Positions 1 through 10,224 are shown, counted from the first letter of the stretch. The stretch is DNA of 64,000 nt from Alphaproteobacteria bacterium (GCA_965243045.1 CBDETR010000004.1:286301-350300); one strand, 5' to 3'. The notes: generated from the letters alone by a model not told the origin. Made by a program: numbers and translations.

Positions 1-957
1 TATCAACAGACAAATCAAAACACTCCATTAAGCCTTAACTACGATAAATTGATTTTTACCACAGGTGCAAAGCCATGGTGCTTGCCTGTTGATGATGCCA
101 ATCCACCGAAAAACATGCATGTGATGCGTACCATCCAAGATGCGATTAATTTACGCAACGCATTGGCACAACAGCCCAAAAATATTGTGGTAATTGGCGG
201 TGGTTTTATTGGGTTAGAAGTCGCCGCCTCCATGAAAAAAACGGGTCATAAAATTACCTTGCTGAGCAAAGGCAGATTCATGGAACGCGCGGTTTGTGAA
301 ACAGTTTCAGATTTCTATCATCAGCTTCACCATAAAAACGGTGCTGATATTCATTATATTGATAATATCACAAAAATAGATGCAACCCATATTCACGCTG
401 ATGGCGTGAACTACCCCGCTGATTTAATTTTAATGGGGGTCGGTGCGCTGCCTGATATTGACCTTGCCAAACAGATAGGTTTAACAATTTCTCACAATGC
501 CATTTTAACCGATAAAAATGGCCAATGCGACAATGAACCCGATATTTTTGCTATTGGTGATTGCGCCGCTAGCCCAAACCAATGGGCGAGTGAACAAATC
601 ACACGCTTAGAATCAATTCAAAATGCTACAGATAGCGCGAAAAACACCGCTCATTATATTACAACCAACATGCCACAAGCACATAATTTACCATGGTTCT
701 GGAGCGACCAATATGATTGCAAATTACAGATTGCAGGGTTGATGCATGATTCAGACCAGAAAATCATTCGTGGCAACCCTGATAGCAATCAATTCTCAAT
801 ATTTTATTTGAAAGATAAACGCATCATCAGCGTAACTTCTATCAATCAAGGCAAGCATCATATCATTGCGCGAAAAATAATCCCTCTTCAGCAAATCATC
901 GATAATCCTGAAATACTCAGCGATGAAACCATTGACTTGAAAAATATTATCGCATGA
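1..957 (+). CDS. FAD-dependent pyridine nucleotide-disulfide oxidoreductase, ferredoxin/rubredoxin-reductase-like (5' end outside window)
   Basis: Frame 1 is open from base 1 (YQQTNQNTPLSLNYDKLIFTTG...), so the TTG at 49 is internal. NAD-binding 'NIVVIGGGFIGLEVA' and FAD motif 'IFAIGDCA' are present, followed by a reductase-type C-terminal domain. Confidence 0.8.
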   Translation, partial: YQQTNQNTPLSLNYDKLIFTTGAKPWCLPVDDANPPKNMHVMRTIQDAINLRNALAQQPKNIVVIGGGFIGLEVAASMKKTGHKITLLSKGRFMERAVCETVSDFYHQLHHKNGADIHYIDNITKIDATHIHADGVNYPADLILMGVGALPDIDLAKQIGLTISHNAILTDKNGQCDNEPDIFAIGDCAASPNQWASEQITRLESIQNATDSAKNTAHYITTNMPQAHNLPWFWSDQYDCKLQIAGLMHDSDQKIIRGNPDSNQFSIFYLKDKRIISVTSINQGKHHIIARKIIPLQQIIDNPEILSDETIDLKNIIA

Positions 958-1901
958 TTTATTACACAAAAATTCAACATCAGCTGATACGATTAAGTCT
1001 GACAACTCAAAAAAATAATTCAAGTAATAATTCGGAGAATAATTCTCTTCAAACATTGCTTGAATTCTTAAATCCCCTTTGTTGCAATCAACTCATCCCT
1101 TTTGATACACCAAAATTTGCGGCTATGTTAGATGAAAAAGGCAACATTCAAGCAAGCTTTATCGCCTATCGCCACCATGATGATATGTTGCTACAAACCC
1201 CTACCCCGCAAGCATTGGGAATGTTATTGGCGCGTTATAAATTATCTTCTCCTTTGAAAATCACCAAAACCAATCATCAAATTTTTGCATGTTGGCAAAA
1301 TGAGGATAGCCAAAAAACCATGCCTAATATTGACACGAAAGAACTGATGCTGATTGCTGATCCCCGAAATAAAACTGATGGCATTAAAAATGATAACAAG
1401 GTTCATTATCTGATTGGCGAGGAACAAAATTGCTTAGATTATCTTAACGAAAATACCGATTCTGGTGCGTTAGAAGTGCGCTCATTAGAAGAATGGCAAG
1501 CCCATCGAATCAGATTGGGGTGGATTGATGATGAATATCAAAATCATAATTTTTTACCGCATCACCTCCATTATGACCAATTAAACGCAATCCATTGGAA
1601 AAAAGGCTGTTATCCGGGACAAGAAATTTGCGCGCGCATTCATTTTAAGGGCAAGGTAAAGCGCAAAATATTTCCATTCACGGCACAAAATAACATCAAA
1701 AAAGATCAAGATATTTTTAATCACGCGCAAAAACAGATTGGCAATGTCATCACAATTCTTGAAAACCCCCATCAAACAGATGATGCATCTTTTATTGGTT
1801 TGGCATTTATTAATGTCACCGCCCATGATGAAAATTTAACAGCTGATAAAATGGTTGCCATCAAACCTTTTTATCCTGCTTGGTATCAAAAAGAAACATA
1901 A
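954..1901 (+). CDS. ygfZ: YgfZ-type folate-binding protein (GcvT fold)
   Basis: 'WKKGCYPGQE' matches the K-G-C-Y-x-G-Q-E signature of YgfZ. The start overlaps the upstream stop as ATGA. Confidence 0.75.
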   Translation: MIYYTKIQHQLIRLSLTTQKNNSSNNSENNSLQTLLEFLNPLCCNQLIPFDTPKFAAMLDEKGNIQASFIAYRHHDDMLLQTPTPQALGMLLARYKLSSPLKITKTNHQIFACWQNEDSQKTMPNIDTKELMLIADPRNKTDGIKNDNKVHYLIGEEQNCLDYLNENTDSGALEVRSLEEWQAHRIRLGWIDDEYQNHNFLPHHLHYDQLNAIHWKKGCYPGQEICARIHFKGKVKRKIFPFTAQNNIKKDQDIFNHAQKQIGNVITILENPHQTDDASFIGLAFINVTAHDENLTADKMVAIKPFYPAWYQKET

Positions 1902-1905
1902 TCAC

Positions 1906-2991
1906 ATGAAACAAAGCATCACCTCTTTAATTTTATATTTTATCATGATAACGCCTCTTGCTTATGCGCTTGATTTGAATCAACTCACCCTCTCTGATAA
2001 AATTCGTGATGGCTATCAATTGAGAGTCTATGCCTCTATCCCCGATGCACGGTCGCTTGCCGTTGCCAATGACATCAAGACCGTTTTTGTTGGCAATAGA
2101 AGAAAAGATAATCTTTACGCGATTCATCAAGGCAAAATCTATCGGCTAGCAAAAAATCTCAATTCCCCTAATGGCGTGGCATGGCGCACGCCTTATTTGT
2201 ATGTGGCAGAACAGAATAAAATCACACGTTACCATTACCCAACATTTCGCGCATCCTTACCAAAAGCAGAACATGTTATTGATTTGCCGAATTACCGCCA
2301 TCATGGTTGGCGCGTGATTGAAATATCACCTGATGGCAAATTTTTATATGTCTCTTTAGGCGCGCCTTGTAATATCTGCACCACTGAATATGGCACCATT
2401 GCGAGGATTGATTTATATGCCAAAAGTAAGAAATTAGAGACGATTGCCTATGGGGTGCGTAATTCTGTGGGGTTGGCATTTCATCCAAAAAATGGCACAT
2501 TATATTTTACGGATAATGGCATTGATAATATGGGCGATGATATTCCCCATGAAGAAATTAACCGTTTAGATGTAATTGGACAGCATTTTGGTTTTCCTTT
2601 TTATAGTGGCGAAACACGCACAAAACACCCATTACCCAATAATCCACCTGAATTTCATTTGCCAATTGTGAAACTACCCGCACATAATGCCCCGCTAGGA
2701 ATAGTTTTTTACCAAGCAGATAAAAACTTGCCCCATTATATCGCACCCCTTCATAACAAAGCCATTATTGCCTTACATGGTTCGTGGAACAGAAAAATTC
2801 CTGATGGTTATCGCGTGCTAATGGTTGATTTTACACATAATCCTGCTAAAGTAGAGATATTGATTGATAATTTTCTAGAGATGAAAGAAGGGCGTGGCAG
2901 ACCAGTGGATATTGCAACTTTATGGGATGGCAGCTTGTTAATCAGTGACGATGGGCATGGAAAAATTTATCAATTACTCAAAGATGGATAA
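1906..2991 (+). CDS. Exported PQQ-dependent sugar (glucose/sorbosone) dehydrogenase-like beta-propeller protein
   Basis: The Met at 1906 is followed by a signal peptide (MKQSITSLILYFIMITPLAYA). 'NSPNGVAW' and 'RNSVGLAFHPKNGTLYFTDNG' propeller motifs are present. The ORF-caller start at 1855 overlaps ygfZ and is probably spurious. Confidence 0.65.
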   Translation: MKQSITSLILYFIMITPLAYALDLNQLTLSDKIRDGYQLRVYASIPDARSLAVANDIKTVFVGNRRKDNLYAIHQGKIYRLAKNLNSPNGVAWRTPYLYVAEQNKITRYHYPTFRASLPKAEHVIDLPNYRHHGWRVIEISPDGKFLYVSLGAPCNICTTEYGTIARIDLYAKSKKLETIAYGVRNSVGLAFHPKNGTLYFTDNGIDNMGDDIPHEEINRLDVIGQHFGFPFYSGETRTKHPLPNNPPEFHLPIVKLPAHNAPLGIVFYQADKNLPHYIAPLHNKAIIALHGSWNRKIPDGYRVLMVDFTHNPAKVEILIDNFLEMKEGRGRPVDIATLWDGSLLISDDGHGKIYQLLKDG

Positions 2992-2994
2992 ACC

Positions 2995-3897
2995 ATGAAA
3001 CGCATAAAACTTATTTTCCTTATCCTCACATTCAACGCAATGATAGGTAACTCTGCTTTTGCTCAGCCTAGCACGCAAGCGATTATTGATTTGCAAGGGG
3101 GTAATGATACCATCTGTGCCTATATGATTTCGTTGGCTGAAAGTGCCCGAAGGATACCAACGGGGCTGATGTTAGCAATCGCGCAAGTAGAATCAGGGCG
3201 TTATACACCGGGTCGTCCTTTGGCCGAACCGTGGCCATGGACTGTTTCAAGCGCGCAAGCCAAAGAGCGTAGTAAATTTTACGAAACCCAAAAAGAATCC
3301 TTGAACATGATAGAAGATTTGCAAAATGACGGCATTACCAATATTGATGTTGGCTGTATGCAGGTGAATTTATTTTATCATGGGCGTGGTTTTAATTCAT
3401 TAGCAGAAGCCATTGACCCTATTAATAATGTTGCCTATGCCACCGAATTTTTGAATCTTTTATTCAATCGTTATGAAAATTGGGGAGAAGCCATTAAATA
3501 TTACCATTCTTCTGACCCAACCAAAAATAATTATTATTTAGAAAAAGTTACAGCGGCTTATCAACGTATCAATCAAGACCCAAGTAGCAGTGCCTTACGC
3601 GAATTACGAAATGCGCTTAGCAAAAAAAATACGCCACCCTTACCGCCTTCAGCAGATAGCGAAGAATTGTTGGCAAAAAATGCCGTAGATTTTGCCGAAG
3701 AATTGCGCCGAAGAATTAGTACGCTTAATGATGAAGAAGCTGACCAACAAAATGCTGACGGTGCAAGAGGTTTTACCGAAGAGTTACGGATATGGGACCA
3801 ATGGCAAAGCACGTCTAATGTTGGTAATATTTCAGGTAAAGACCCTGATTATTATATCGATGTGCTTGATAACACATTCCAAAAAATTACCGAATAG
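2995..3897 (+). CDS. Soluble lytic transglycosylase (SLT domain) protein
   Basis: Signal peptide, catalytic 'AIAQVESG' and 'GCMQVN' SLT motifs, and a proline/acidic low-complexity tail. Confidence 0.75.
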   Translation: MKRIKLIFLILTFNAMIGNSAFAQPSTQAIIDLQGGNDTICAYMISLAESARRIPTGLMLAIAQVESGRYTPGRPLAEPWPWTVSSAQAKERSKFYETQKESLNMIEDLQNDGITNIDVGCMQVNLFYHGRGFNSLAEAIDPINNVAYATEFLNLLFNRYENWGEAIKYYHSSDPTKNNYYLEKVTAAYQRINQDPSSSALRELRNALSKKNTPPLPPSADSEELLAKNAVDFAEELRRRISTLNDEEADQQNADGARGFTEELRIWDQWQSTSNVGNISGKDPDYYIDVLDNTFQKITE

Positions 3898-5134
3898 TTG
3901 GAATATTGCCAAAACGCTTCACGGCAAAAATCGGCAATAAAATATAATAGCTTCCTTCATTTTTCATGCGCCCTGCATAATGCAACGCATTATCACCACT
4001 GCCCCAAAAGAAATCACCCCTGATGATGCCTTTAATCGCGCCACCTGTATCTTGCGCCAACATAAACCGTCTAATTCTTGCCGGACCAGCATCAGGTACA
4101 TTTTTAATATCCACCCATAGCACCGAGCCAAGCGGGATATAACGCTGATCAACTGCCAAAGAACGCCCAGCAATCAATGGTGTTTCATGCGCCCCAACGA
4201 TAGACCTTTGATGTTCGCTCAGTCTGAAAAACACATAGCGTTGATTGTAGCTTAACACTTCTTGAGCCTTGTTCGGGTTATTCTCAAGCCAGTTTCTGAT
4301 ACCGGGCCAACTGCTTTGCGCCGATGTGATGAAGCCATCCGCAATCATCTTTTTTGCCACAGAACGGTACCGATAGCCATTATGACCATCATAGCCAATT
4401 CTTACAATCGAACCATCATCTAGTTTTAATTGACCCGACCCTTGAATTTGTAAAATAAACACATCCAAAGCATCCTTTGCCCAAAATAACTCTAATCCCT
4501 TGCCTTTTAACGCACCTTTATCAATTGCGCCACGTGTATGATACGCTTTAAATCCTTTGCCATCGGATGATTTTAATAAATCAGACGGGCGTTTATAAAG
4601 TGGAAAACGGTAAACACTGCTCTGCTTGCGTGAAGCTTCTAACTCTGCCTCGTAATAACCCGTAAATAGCCCTTGCTCTTTTTTATTATTATTTACCAAA
4701 TAAGGCACAAATAATTTTTCAAATAATTCTCTGTCTAACTTCCCTGATTTTGCCAATGATTGTTCTAAAACACGACATGTTTCCTGCCAATCTTTTGCCA
4801 ATATTGGCAAAGAAGCTGTGCCGATATTATTTTCAGCCTTCATTAATCTATAACGGCTACATGATGCCAGCAAGCCAACCAAAATATTTTCAGGATGGTC
4901 ATGTTTATAATCAGGCAATTGTGAGAATTTTACTTGTTTGAACCAAAGATTCTTTGGCGCATTATAACGCTTTGTTGTTTCTGGTTTTTTGGCAGTACCA
5001 AAATCAGTCTGATACGGTTTAAAAAGATTACCTATTGCGCAACCATTCAACGCTATTAGCAATAAAGCTGTCGTGATGAATTTAATTTGTTGCACTTCCA
5101 GTTGCCGCAAGATACCAATTTGGTCCAGTTGCAC
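3887..5134 (-). CDS. mltA: Membrane-bound lytic murein transglycosylase A
   Basis: Lipoprotein-like signal (LLLIALNGC). MltA and 3D-domain motifs are present ('FILQIQGSGQLKLDDGSIVRIGYDGHNG', 'LAQDTGGAIKG..RGDFFWG'). The start is uncertain; GTG at 5095 gives a shorter overlap with the upstream gene. Confidence 0.85.
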   Translation of the reverse strand: MQLDQIGILRQLEVQQIKFITTALLLIALNGCAIGNLFKPYQTDFGTAKKPETTKRYNAPKNLWFKQVKFSQLPDYKHDHPENILVGLLASCSRYRLMKAENNIGTASLPILAKDWQETCRVLEQSLAKSGKLDRELFEKLFVPYLVNNNKKEQGLFTGYYEAELEASRKQSSVYRFPLYKRPSDLLKSSDGKGFKAYHTRGAIDKGALKGKGLELFWAKDALDVFILQIQGSGQLKLDDGSIVRIGYDGHNGYRYRSVAKKMIADGFITSAQSSWPGIRNWLENNPNKAQEVLSYNQRYVFFRLSEHQRSIVGAHETPLIAGRSLAVDQRYIPLGSVLWVDIKNVPDAGPARIRRFMLAQDTGGAIKGIIRGDFFWGSGDNALHYAGRMKNEGSYYILLPIFAVKRFGNIPTIR

Positions 5135-5873
5135 TCAAAGGCTTAGAAAAAGTCCAAAAATCCGTAATAACTTCTTTTGCTTTTTTATTGCCTTCAATAA
5201 TCTTATCATCCGCATCATAAATAACAGAATTTTGTTCACTGACAATTTTTGCAGTGATAAGAATCTGATTGCTTGAAATTTCTGCCGCCACAAAGCTTAT
5301 CTCAGAAATAGAAAGCACCGTTAATTGTAAATTTTGCCCTGCCGCATGGCGTTTTTTAATCGCATCGGAAAATAATTTATACATATCTTTGGTTAATAAA
5401 TCTTTAAGCGCTGGTAAATCAGCTTGTGTATAAGCCTCTAAAATCATTTCAAAGGCTACTTCTGCACCACCAATAAAATCAACGGGGTCAAAATATTTTG
5501 CGCGTGAGGCAACTTTCTTTAAGTCTTTGCCTACTTTGCTTGTTGGTTTAATCTCAAGTTCTTGTAATGATGCGTTAAAATCAGGTGCTGAAACAATGGT
5601 AGCAGATTTAGAAAGTTGGATTGTCACGCCATCTTCTTCTTGGGCATCTTCTTGCTCACCATCTTCATCCTGCCCATTTGCTTTTGCTTGACGTGCCTGT
5701 TTTTTTGCCTGCTGATATTTTTGATGCAAATCAATAATATTATCACGTGAATTATCATTGCTACGCCTATCATTGGTTTCTTCACCTTCCGAGCGTTGCC
5801 CTAGCACACCCATGATTTTTAAGATGAAAAAAACCGCAATCCCTGCAAATATAATAATATCTAAACCCTGCAC
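5082..5873 (-). CDS. Tim44-like domain membrane protein
   Basis: N-terminal TM helix, acidic/Gln-rich linker and a C-terminal Tim44-type domain ('FDPVDFIGGAEVAFEMILEAYTQADL..LKDLLT'). Adjacency to mltA is typical of alphaproteobacteria. Confidence 0.7.
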   Translation of the reverse strand: MQGLDIIIFAGIAVFFILKIMGVLGQRSEGEETNDRRSNDNSRDNIIDLHQKYQQAKKQARQAKANGQDEDGEQEDAQEEDGVTIQLSKSATIVSAPDFNASLQELEIKPTSKVGKDLKKVASRAKYFDPVDFIGGAEVAFEMILEAYTQADLPALKDLLTKDMYKLFSDAIKKRHAAGQNLQLTVLSISEISFVAAEISSNQILITAKIVSEQNSVIYDADDKIIEGNKKAKEVITDFWTFSKPLSATGPNWYLAATGSATN

Positions 5874-5991
5874 AATCGTGACCTTTCCAGTAACATGTAT
5901 CCTTATAGCTTATACTTGATTATCTTTATCATTGCAATGATACAATCATATTATCATTTATTCTTAACCTATCTTGGTAAGATTCTTTAGA

Positions 5992-6020
5992 TTGACAAAA
6001 CAAGCCTTTGTGATTATGAT
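5992..6020 (+). promoter_or_regulatory. Candidate sigma70-type promoter for rpmG
   Basis: TTGACA (5992-5997), an exactly 17-nt spacer, then TATGAT (6015-6020), about 80 nt upstream of the rpmG ATG. Confidence 0.35.
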
Positions 6021-6101
6021 AATGCGCAAATTCGCTTTTTACTGATATATTTCAGCATGAAGGCATTTACATCTACATTATTTTATTTTTTTGAGTTTAT
6101 T

Positions 6102-6269
6102 ATGGCAAAACCAACTACTATTACCGTTAGAATGGTCAGCTCTGCTGAAACAGGGCATTTCTATACTGCCCGTAAAAATCCACGCTTAAAGCCAGAAAAA
6201 ATGGAATTCAAAAAATATGACCCTGTTGTGCGTAAGCATGTGGCATATCGCGAACAAAAAATGAAGTAA
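6102..6269 (+). CDS. rpmG: 50S ribosomal protein L33
   Basis: '[55 protein letters not shown]' is a full-length L33. The Met at 6102 is preferred over the ORF-caller start at 6057. Confidence 0.9.
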   Translation: MAKPTTITVRMVSSAETGHFYTARKNPRLKPEKMEFKKYDPVVRKHVAYREQKMK

Positions 6270-6329
6270 CATCTTATTGGTGTCATTTCAATTCAAAGCT
6301 TTTCTTGAAATCTAACTGGATAAATTGAT

Positions 6330-7697
6330 ATGCCAGTCTATATATCAATCATTGCGTCTTTCATAAAATTATTTTTTATTCCCCCTATTATTTCTTTATT
6401 AATAGGTTTTACTTTCTTAGCAAATTCTGCACATGCCACTTCCCTCAGCTTTAATGAAACACATCAGATTGATTTTTCAGGGCAAATGGAATGCGGGGCT
6501 TTTGATGACCATGCTTTACGCGCGACTTTTGGATTAGAATTTCAAATTTTTCGCTGTAGCAAGTTTGTGTTAACCGCACAAGGCGAACACCGTTATGATA
6601 CAGGTGGCGTTTGGCGTTATAAAATAGATTGGGCACCCCTTTATGATGCCATTCAACGCAAAGATAATGGTGAGCCGATTATCTATGGTGATGATGGTGA
6701 TGACAGCATAGATGATGAGAAAAATGAAGCGGAAGGGCAAACTGCTTATTATGATTGGTATAAAAATTTAGGCACAAGAAGCTATTATCTAGGCGATGTG
6801 CCACTGATTGATGCTTATATTGAACGACTTAGCAAAAATAATAAAAACACCATTCGCATTGGCAGGCAACGTAATTTTATCGCTTTTGATACCCAACAAA
6901 CGCCATGGCAAGATGATGGCAAATTCGCGCCTTATAGTGATTGGCTGGTGCGTGATTTATATAGTGGGATTGCCTATGGTTATCAAGGCGATTTATTTAT
7001 CGGCAATGTGGCAATTTTTTCAGGCAATAACCCGATTAAAGGTGATTGGTATTTACGCGGGGCGGCAAGCCCGAATGTGAAAACCAATAATACAGGCATC
7101 TATGCCTTAAAATGGGGCATTAATCCTAAAAATACTCACAATGATTTGCAATTTTATTTGGGGCTTGAATCTAATATTTTGGGCTCTACTTGGGCGAATG
7201 AATTGGCTGATGGCAAGCGAAATAATCACCGCAAACTTGCTGCTTTTCGCTATCAAAAAGGCAGTGATGAACAGCATTTCACTATTTTAGGGCAACGCAC
7301 ACAATATATTTCAGGCTTGCGAGAATCTTCAGCACAGGCTGATGACATCACCGCCGATAATCCGAAGCGTTTCCGTGATATTAGTCAATATGCCAGCTAT
7401 GTTGGATTTTATTCCCAAAGAAAAATCTTTGGCTTTGGTTATATTTATGAAGAAATTGACCGTTTTGATTATAATATTTTTTCAGCCGATAATTTTACAT
7501 TTCATAGACAAGGCTTGAAACAAAAAAGCAATATTTATTATGCCAGCTTCAATGTAGCCGACCATATGAAAATTTCACTTGCCTATCATAATATCAACAA
7601 TCCTGCACCTGACGTTTCTGAAATTGTGACACATTATAATGGCACACCCATTGATTATGAAAACAGGTTCAAATTAGTCACACAGTTTGAATTTTAA
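6330..7697 (+). CDS. Putative outer-membrane beta-barrel protein, family unknown
   Basis: Signal peptide ending ANSAHA|TS, alternating aromatic/Gly-rich strands and a C-terminal aromatic signature '...LVTQFEF'. Confidence 0.45.
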   Translation: MPVYISIIASFIKLFFIPPIISLLIGFTFLANSAHATSLSFNETHQIDFSGQMECGAFDDHALRATFGLEFQIFRCSKFVLTAQGEHRYDTGGVWRYKIDWAPLYDAIQRKDNGEPIIYGDDGDDSIDDEKNEAEGQTAYYDWYKNLGTRSYYLGDVPLIDAYIERLSKNNKNTIRIGRQRNFIAFDTQQTPWQDDGKFAPYSDWLVRDLYSGIAYGYQGDLFIGNVAIFSGNNPIKGDWYLRGAASPNVKTNNTGIYALKWGINPKNTHNDLQFYLGLESNILGSTWANELADGKRNNHRKLAAFRYQKGSDEQHFTILGQRTQYISGLRESSAQADDITADNPKRFRDISQYASYVGFYSQRKIFGFGYIYEEIDRFDYNIFSADNFTFHRQGLKQKSNIYYASFNVADHMKISLAYHNINNPAPDVSEIVTHYNGTPIDYENRFKLVTQFEF

Positions 7698-7760
7698 AAT
7701 TTTTGATTCATTGTCAGCCCTGTTTTTTTTATCTATAATATCTTCATTCTGAAATAATAT

Positions 7761-8630
7761 ATGATGACAAAACAAATTTTACAGCCTCAAATTATTATTC
7801 CCATGTCCGGCTTCGGGCAACGTTTTGCACGCGTGGGTTACAAATATCCTAAACCTTTGATTATCGTTGAAGGCAAGCCGATTATTGCCCATGTCATTGA
7901 TTTATTCACATTAGAAAATGATGTCAGTGATATATTTTTTATCTGCAATCAAGACCATCTGAACCATGCCGATTATCATATGGTAGAAACGCTTCAGTAT
8001 TATGCACCGCCTGATAAATTCAATGCCCATATTATCGGCATTGCCCCCCATAAATTAGGTCCTATTCATGCGGTGCAACAGATGATAACGCAGCTTGATA
8101 TGGCACGCCCTACCATTGTTAATTATTGCGATTTTACCTGCTATTGGGATTATCAACATTTTTGTGATTTCATCACAGAAACCGCATGTGATGGTGCGAT
8201 TCCTGCCTATAAGGATTTTCATCCCCATACATTAGGCACTACTAACTATGCTTATATGCGCGAACAAAATGGTTGGTTGCTGGATATTCAAGAAAAGCAA
8301 CCCTTTACCGATAATCGCATGGCGGAATATGCCTCAAGCGGTGCTTATTATTTTTCATCAGCACAATTAATGCAAGAAGCCTTTGATGCCGTGCGTAAGC
8401 AAGATTTGCAAACAGGCGGTGAATATTATGTCAGCCTTGCTTATAAACCCTTATTGGCGCAAAACAAAAATATTGCCGTTTATCCGTTGCAACATTTTAT
8501 GCAATGGGGTACGCCTGAAGATGTTGCAGACTATCAAAGCTGGTCAAAAATCTTCCATCATTATTCTAAAACCAATAGCCCCCCCACAAAAATGCTAAAA
8601 AACATACCAAAAAACATACCAAAGAAATAA
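7761..8630 (+). CDS. LicC/RmlA-superfamily nucleotidyltransferase-like protein (paralogue 1)
   Basis: N-terminal 'IIIPMSGFGQRFARVGYKYPKPLIIVEGKPII' glycine-rich NTP-binding loop. 'GGEYYVS' and 'FMQWGTPEDVADYQSW' are found toward the C-terminus. Confidence 0.6.
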   Translation: MMTKQILQPQIIIPMSGFGQRFARVGYKYPKPLIIVEGKPIIAHVIDLFTLENDVSDIFFICNQDHLNHADYHMVETLQYYAPPDKFNAHIIGIAPHKLGPIHAVQQMITQLDMARPTIVNYCDFTCYWDYQHFCDFITETACDGAIPAYKDFHPHTLGTTNYAYMREQNGWLLDIQEKQPFTDNRMAEYASSGAYYFSSAQLMQEAFDAVRKQDLQTGGEYYVSLAYKPLLAQNKNIAVYPLQHFMQWGTPEDVADYQSWSKIFHHYSKTNSPPTKMLKNIPKNIPKK

Positions 8631-8644
8631 AAGGCAGTATCATC

Positions 8645-9526
8645 ATGCCTATGGCAGGAATGGGGCAACGTTTTGCAAATGAGGGTTATAAAATTACCAA
8701 ACCGCTTATCCCAATATCGGGCAAGCCAATGGTTGCCCAAGCGGTTGATGATTTGCCCCCTGCCCAATATCATCATTTTGTGTTGCGGGCCGATATGCCT
8801 TATTGCGATGATATTCAACAATATTTGCAAAGATTATATCCCAATGCAGGTATCACACATATTCCTGAAGTGACCGAAGGGCAGGCTATCACCGCCTTAA
8901 TTGGCTTAGAAGCCTTGCTGGAAACAAACAAAAACCATGATGCTTTGGCACCTTTTACCTTTGGTGCTTGCGATAATGGTATGATATATGACGCGCAAAA
9001 ACTGAATGAGTTGCTGAATGATGACAATGTCGATGTTATTATTTGGGGGGCATCTAACCATTCTCATGCCGTCCGAAATCCGCACATGTTTGGTTGGATT
9101 GATGCCGATGAGACAGGGCTTATTTCTGATATTTCGGTGAAAACACCTTTATCTTCTCCTGAAACTGACCCAATTGTTACAGGCGTTTTTACATTCAAGC
9201 GCGCGCATGATTTTCAGCAAGCTGTGCAAAATCTTATCAAACGTGATGGGCGTATCAATGGAGAGTTTTACCTAGATTCCTGTATTAACGATGCCATTGC
9301 GATGGGATTAAAATGCTATTTATTGCCCGTGCAACATTTTATTTCATGGGGAACACCAAATGACTTAAAAACATTCAATTACTGGCAATCTTGTTTTCAT
9401 AAATGGCAGACACATCCCTACCAATTAGAGTATGATAACCATATGGAACCAACAAAAATTACTGAATTGAATGATATGTATCAAAAAACCATACCTATTT
9501 ATCCTAAAAAAAGCACGCTTTCATGA
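8645..9526 (+). CDS. LicC/RmlA-superfamily nucleotidyltransferase-like protein (paralogue 2)
   Basis: 'MPMAGMGQRFANEGYKITKPLIPISGKPMV', 'NGEFYLDS' and 'FISWGTPNDLKTFNYW' show the same motif order as the upstream gene. Confidence 0.6.
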   Translation: MPMAGMGQRFANEGYKITKPLIPISGKPMVAQAVDDLPPAQYHHFVLRADMPYCDDIQQYLQRLYPNAGITHIPEVTEGQAITALIGLEALLETNKNHDALAPFTFGACDNGMIYDAQKLNELLNDDNVDVIIWGASNHSHAVRNPHMFGWIDADETGLISDISVKTPLSSPETDPIVTGVFTFKRAHDFQQAVQNLIKRDGRINGEFYLDSCINDAIAMGLKCYLLPVQHFISWGTPNDLKTFNYWQSCFHKWQTHPYQLEYDNHMEPTKITELNDMYQKTIPIYPKKSTLS

Positions 9527-10224
9527 AATTATCACTCATCATCCCCTGCTATAATGAAGCAGAAGGCTTGCCTGATTTATTAAAAGCATGCGCAAATGTC
9601 ACCATGCAATCAAATGCTATTGATATTATTTTGGTAGATAATGGTTCTACAGATGAAAGTGCCGAGATTTTACAAAAATCACTCAAAAATTATAAAAATA
9701 TTTCTATGGTACATGTGGCTAAAAATCAAGGTTATGGCTTTGGTATTTTATCGGGATTGCAAGCTGCCAAAGGTGATGTGATTGGTTGGACTCATGCTGA
9801 TTTACAAACCGATCCGTCTGATGTTTTGCCTGCTTTGAAATTATTTGAACAATATGGTACTGATATTTTTGTGAAAGGCAAACGCTATGGGCGCCCGCTT
9901 GCTGATGTGTTTTTTACCTTTGGTATGAGTGTGTTTGAAACATTGCTGATGCGAAAATCAATGTCGGATATTAATGCACAACCTACTTTATTTCCAAAAT
10001 GGTTTTTTGAAAAATGGCACAACCCACCCCATGATTTTTCATTAGACCTCTATGCCTATTATCAAGCACATTGTCATCAATTACCAATCAAACGCTTTCC
10101 TGTTAAATTTGGCGAACGTGCCTATGGGGTTTCACATTGGAATATCAACTGGCGCGCAAAATACAAATTCATTCGCAGAACCATCAGTTTTTCTTTACAA
10201 TTACGGCAAAGATTAAAATCATGA
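9523..10224 (+). CDS. Family 2 glycosyltransferase (polyprenyl-phosphate sugar synthase-like, no TM segment)
   Basis: 'LSLIIPCYNEAEGL', 'ILVDNGSTDES', 'NQGYG' and 'THADLQTDP' (DXD-type). ATGA overlaps occur at both ends. Confidence 0.8.
   Translation: MKLSLIIPCYNEAEGLPDLLKACANVTMQSNAIDIILVDNGSTDESAEILQKSLKNYKNISMVHVAKNQGYGFGILSGLQAAKGDVIGWTHADLQTDPSDVLPALKLFEQYGTDIFVKGKRYGRPLADVFFTFGMSVFETLLMRKSMSDINAQPTLFPKWFFEKWHNPPHDFSLDLYAYYQAHCHQLPIKRFPVKFGERAYGVSHWNINWRAKYKFIRRTISFSLQLRQRLKS

Noticed and set aside
5082-5134. A 53-nt overlap between the mltA start and the end of the Tim44-like gene, which might indicate unusual coupling.
   Set aside because: It is probably an over-extended start call. 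GTG at 5095 yields a normal lipoprotein signal peptide and only a 14-nt overlap.
5928-5941. A perfect 14-bp palindrome ATCATTGCAATGAT lies between the Tim44-like gene and rpmG.
   Set aside because: It is short and A/T-rich, so it could arise by chance. No adjacent regulator gives it context, so I note it only.
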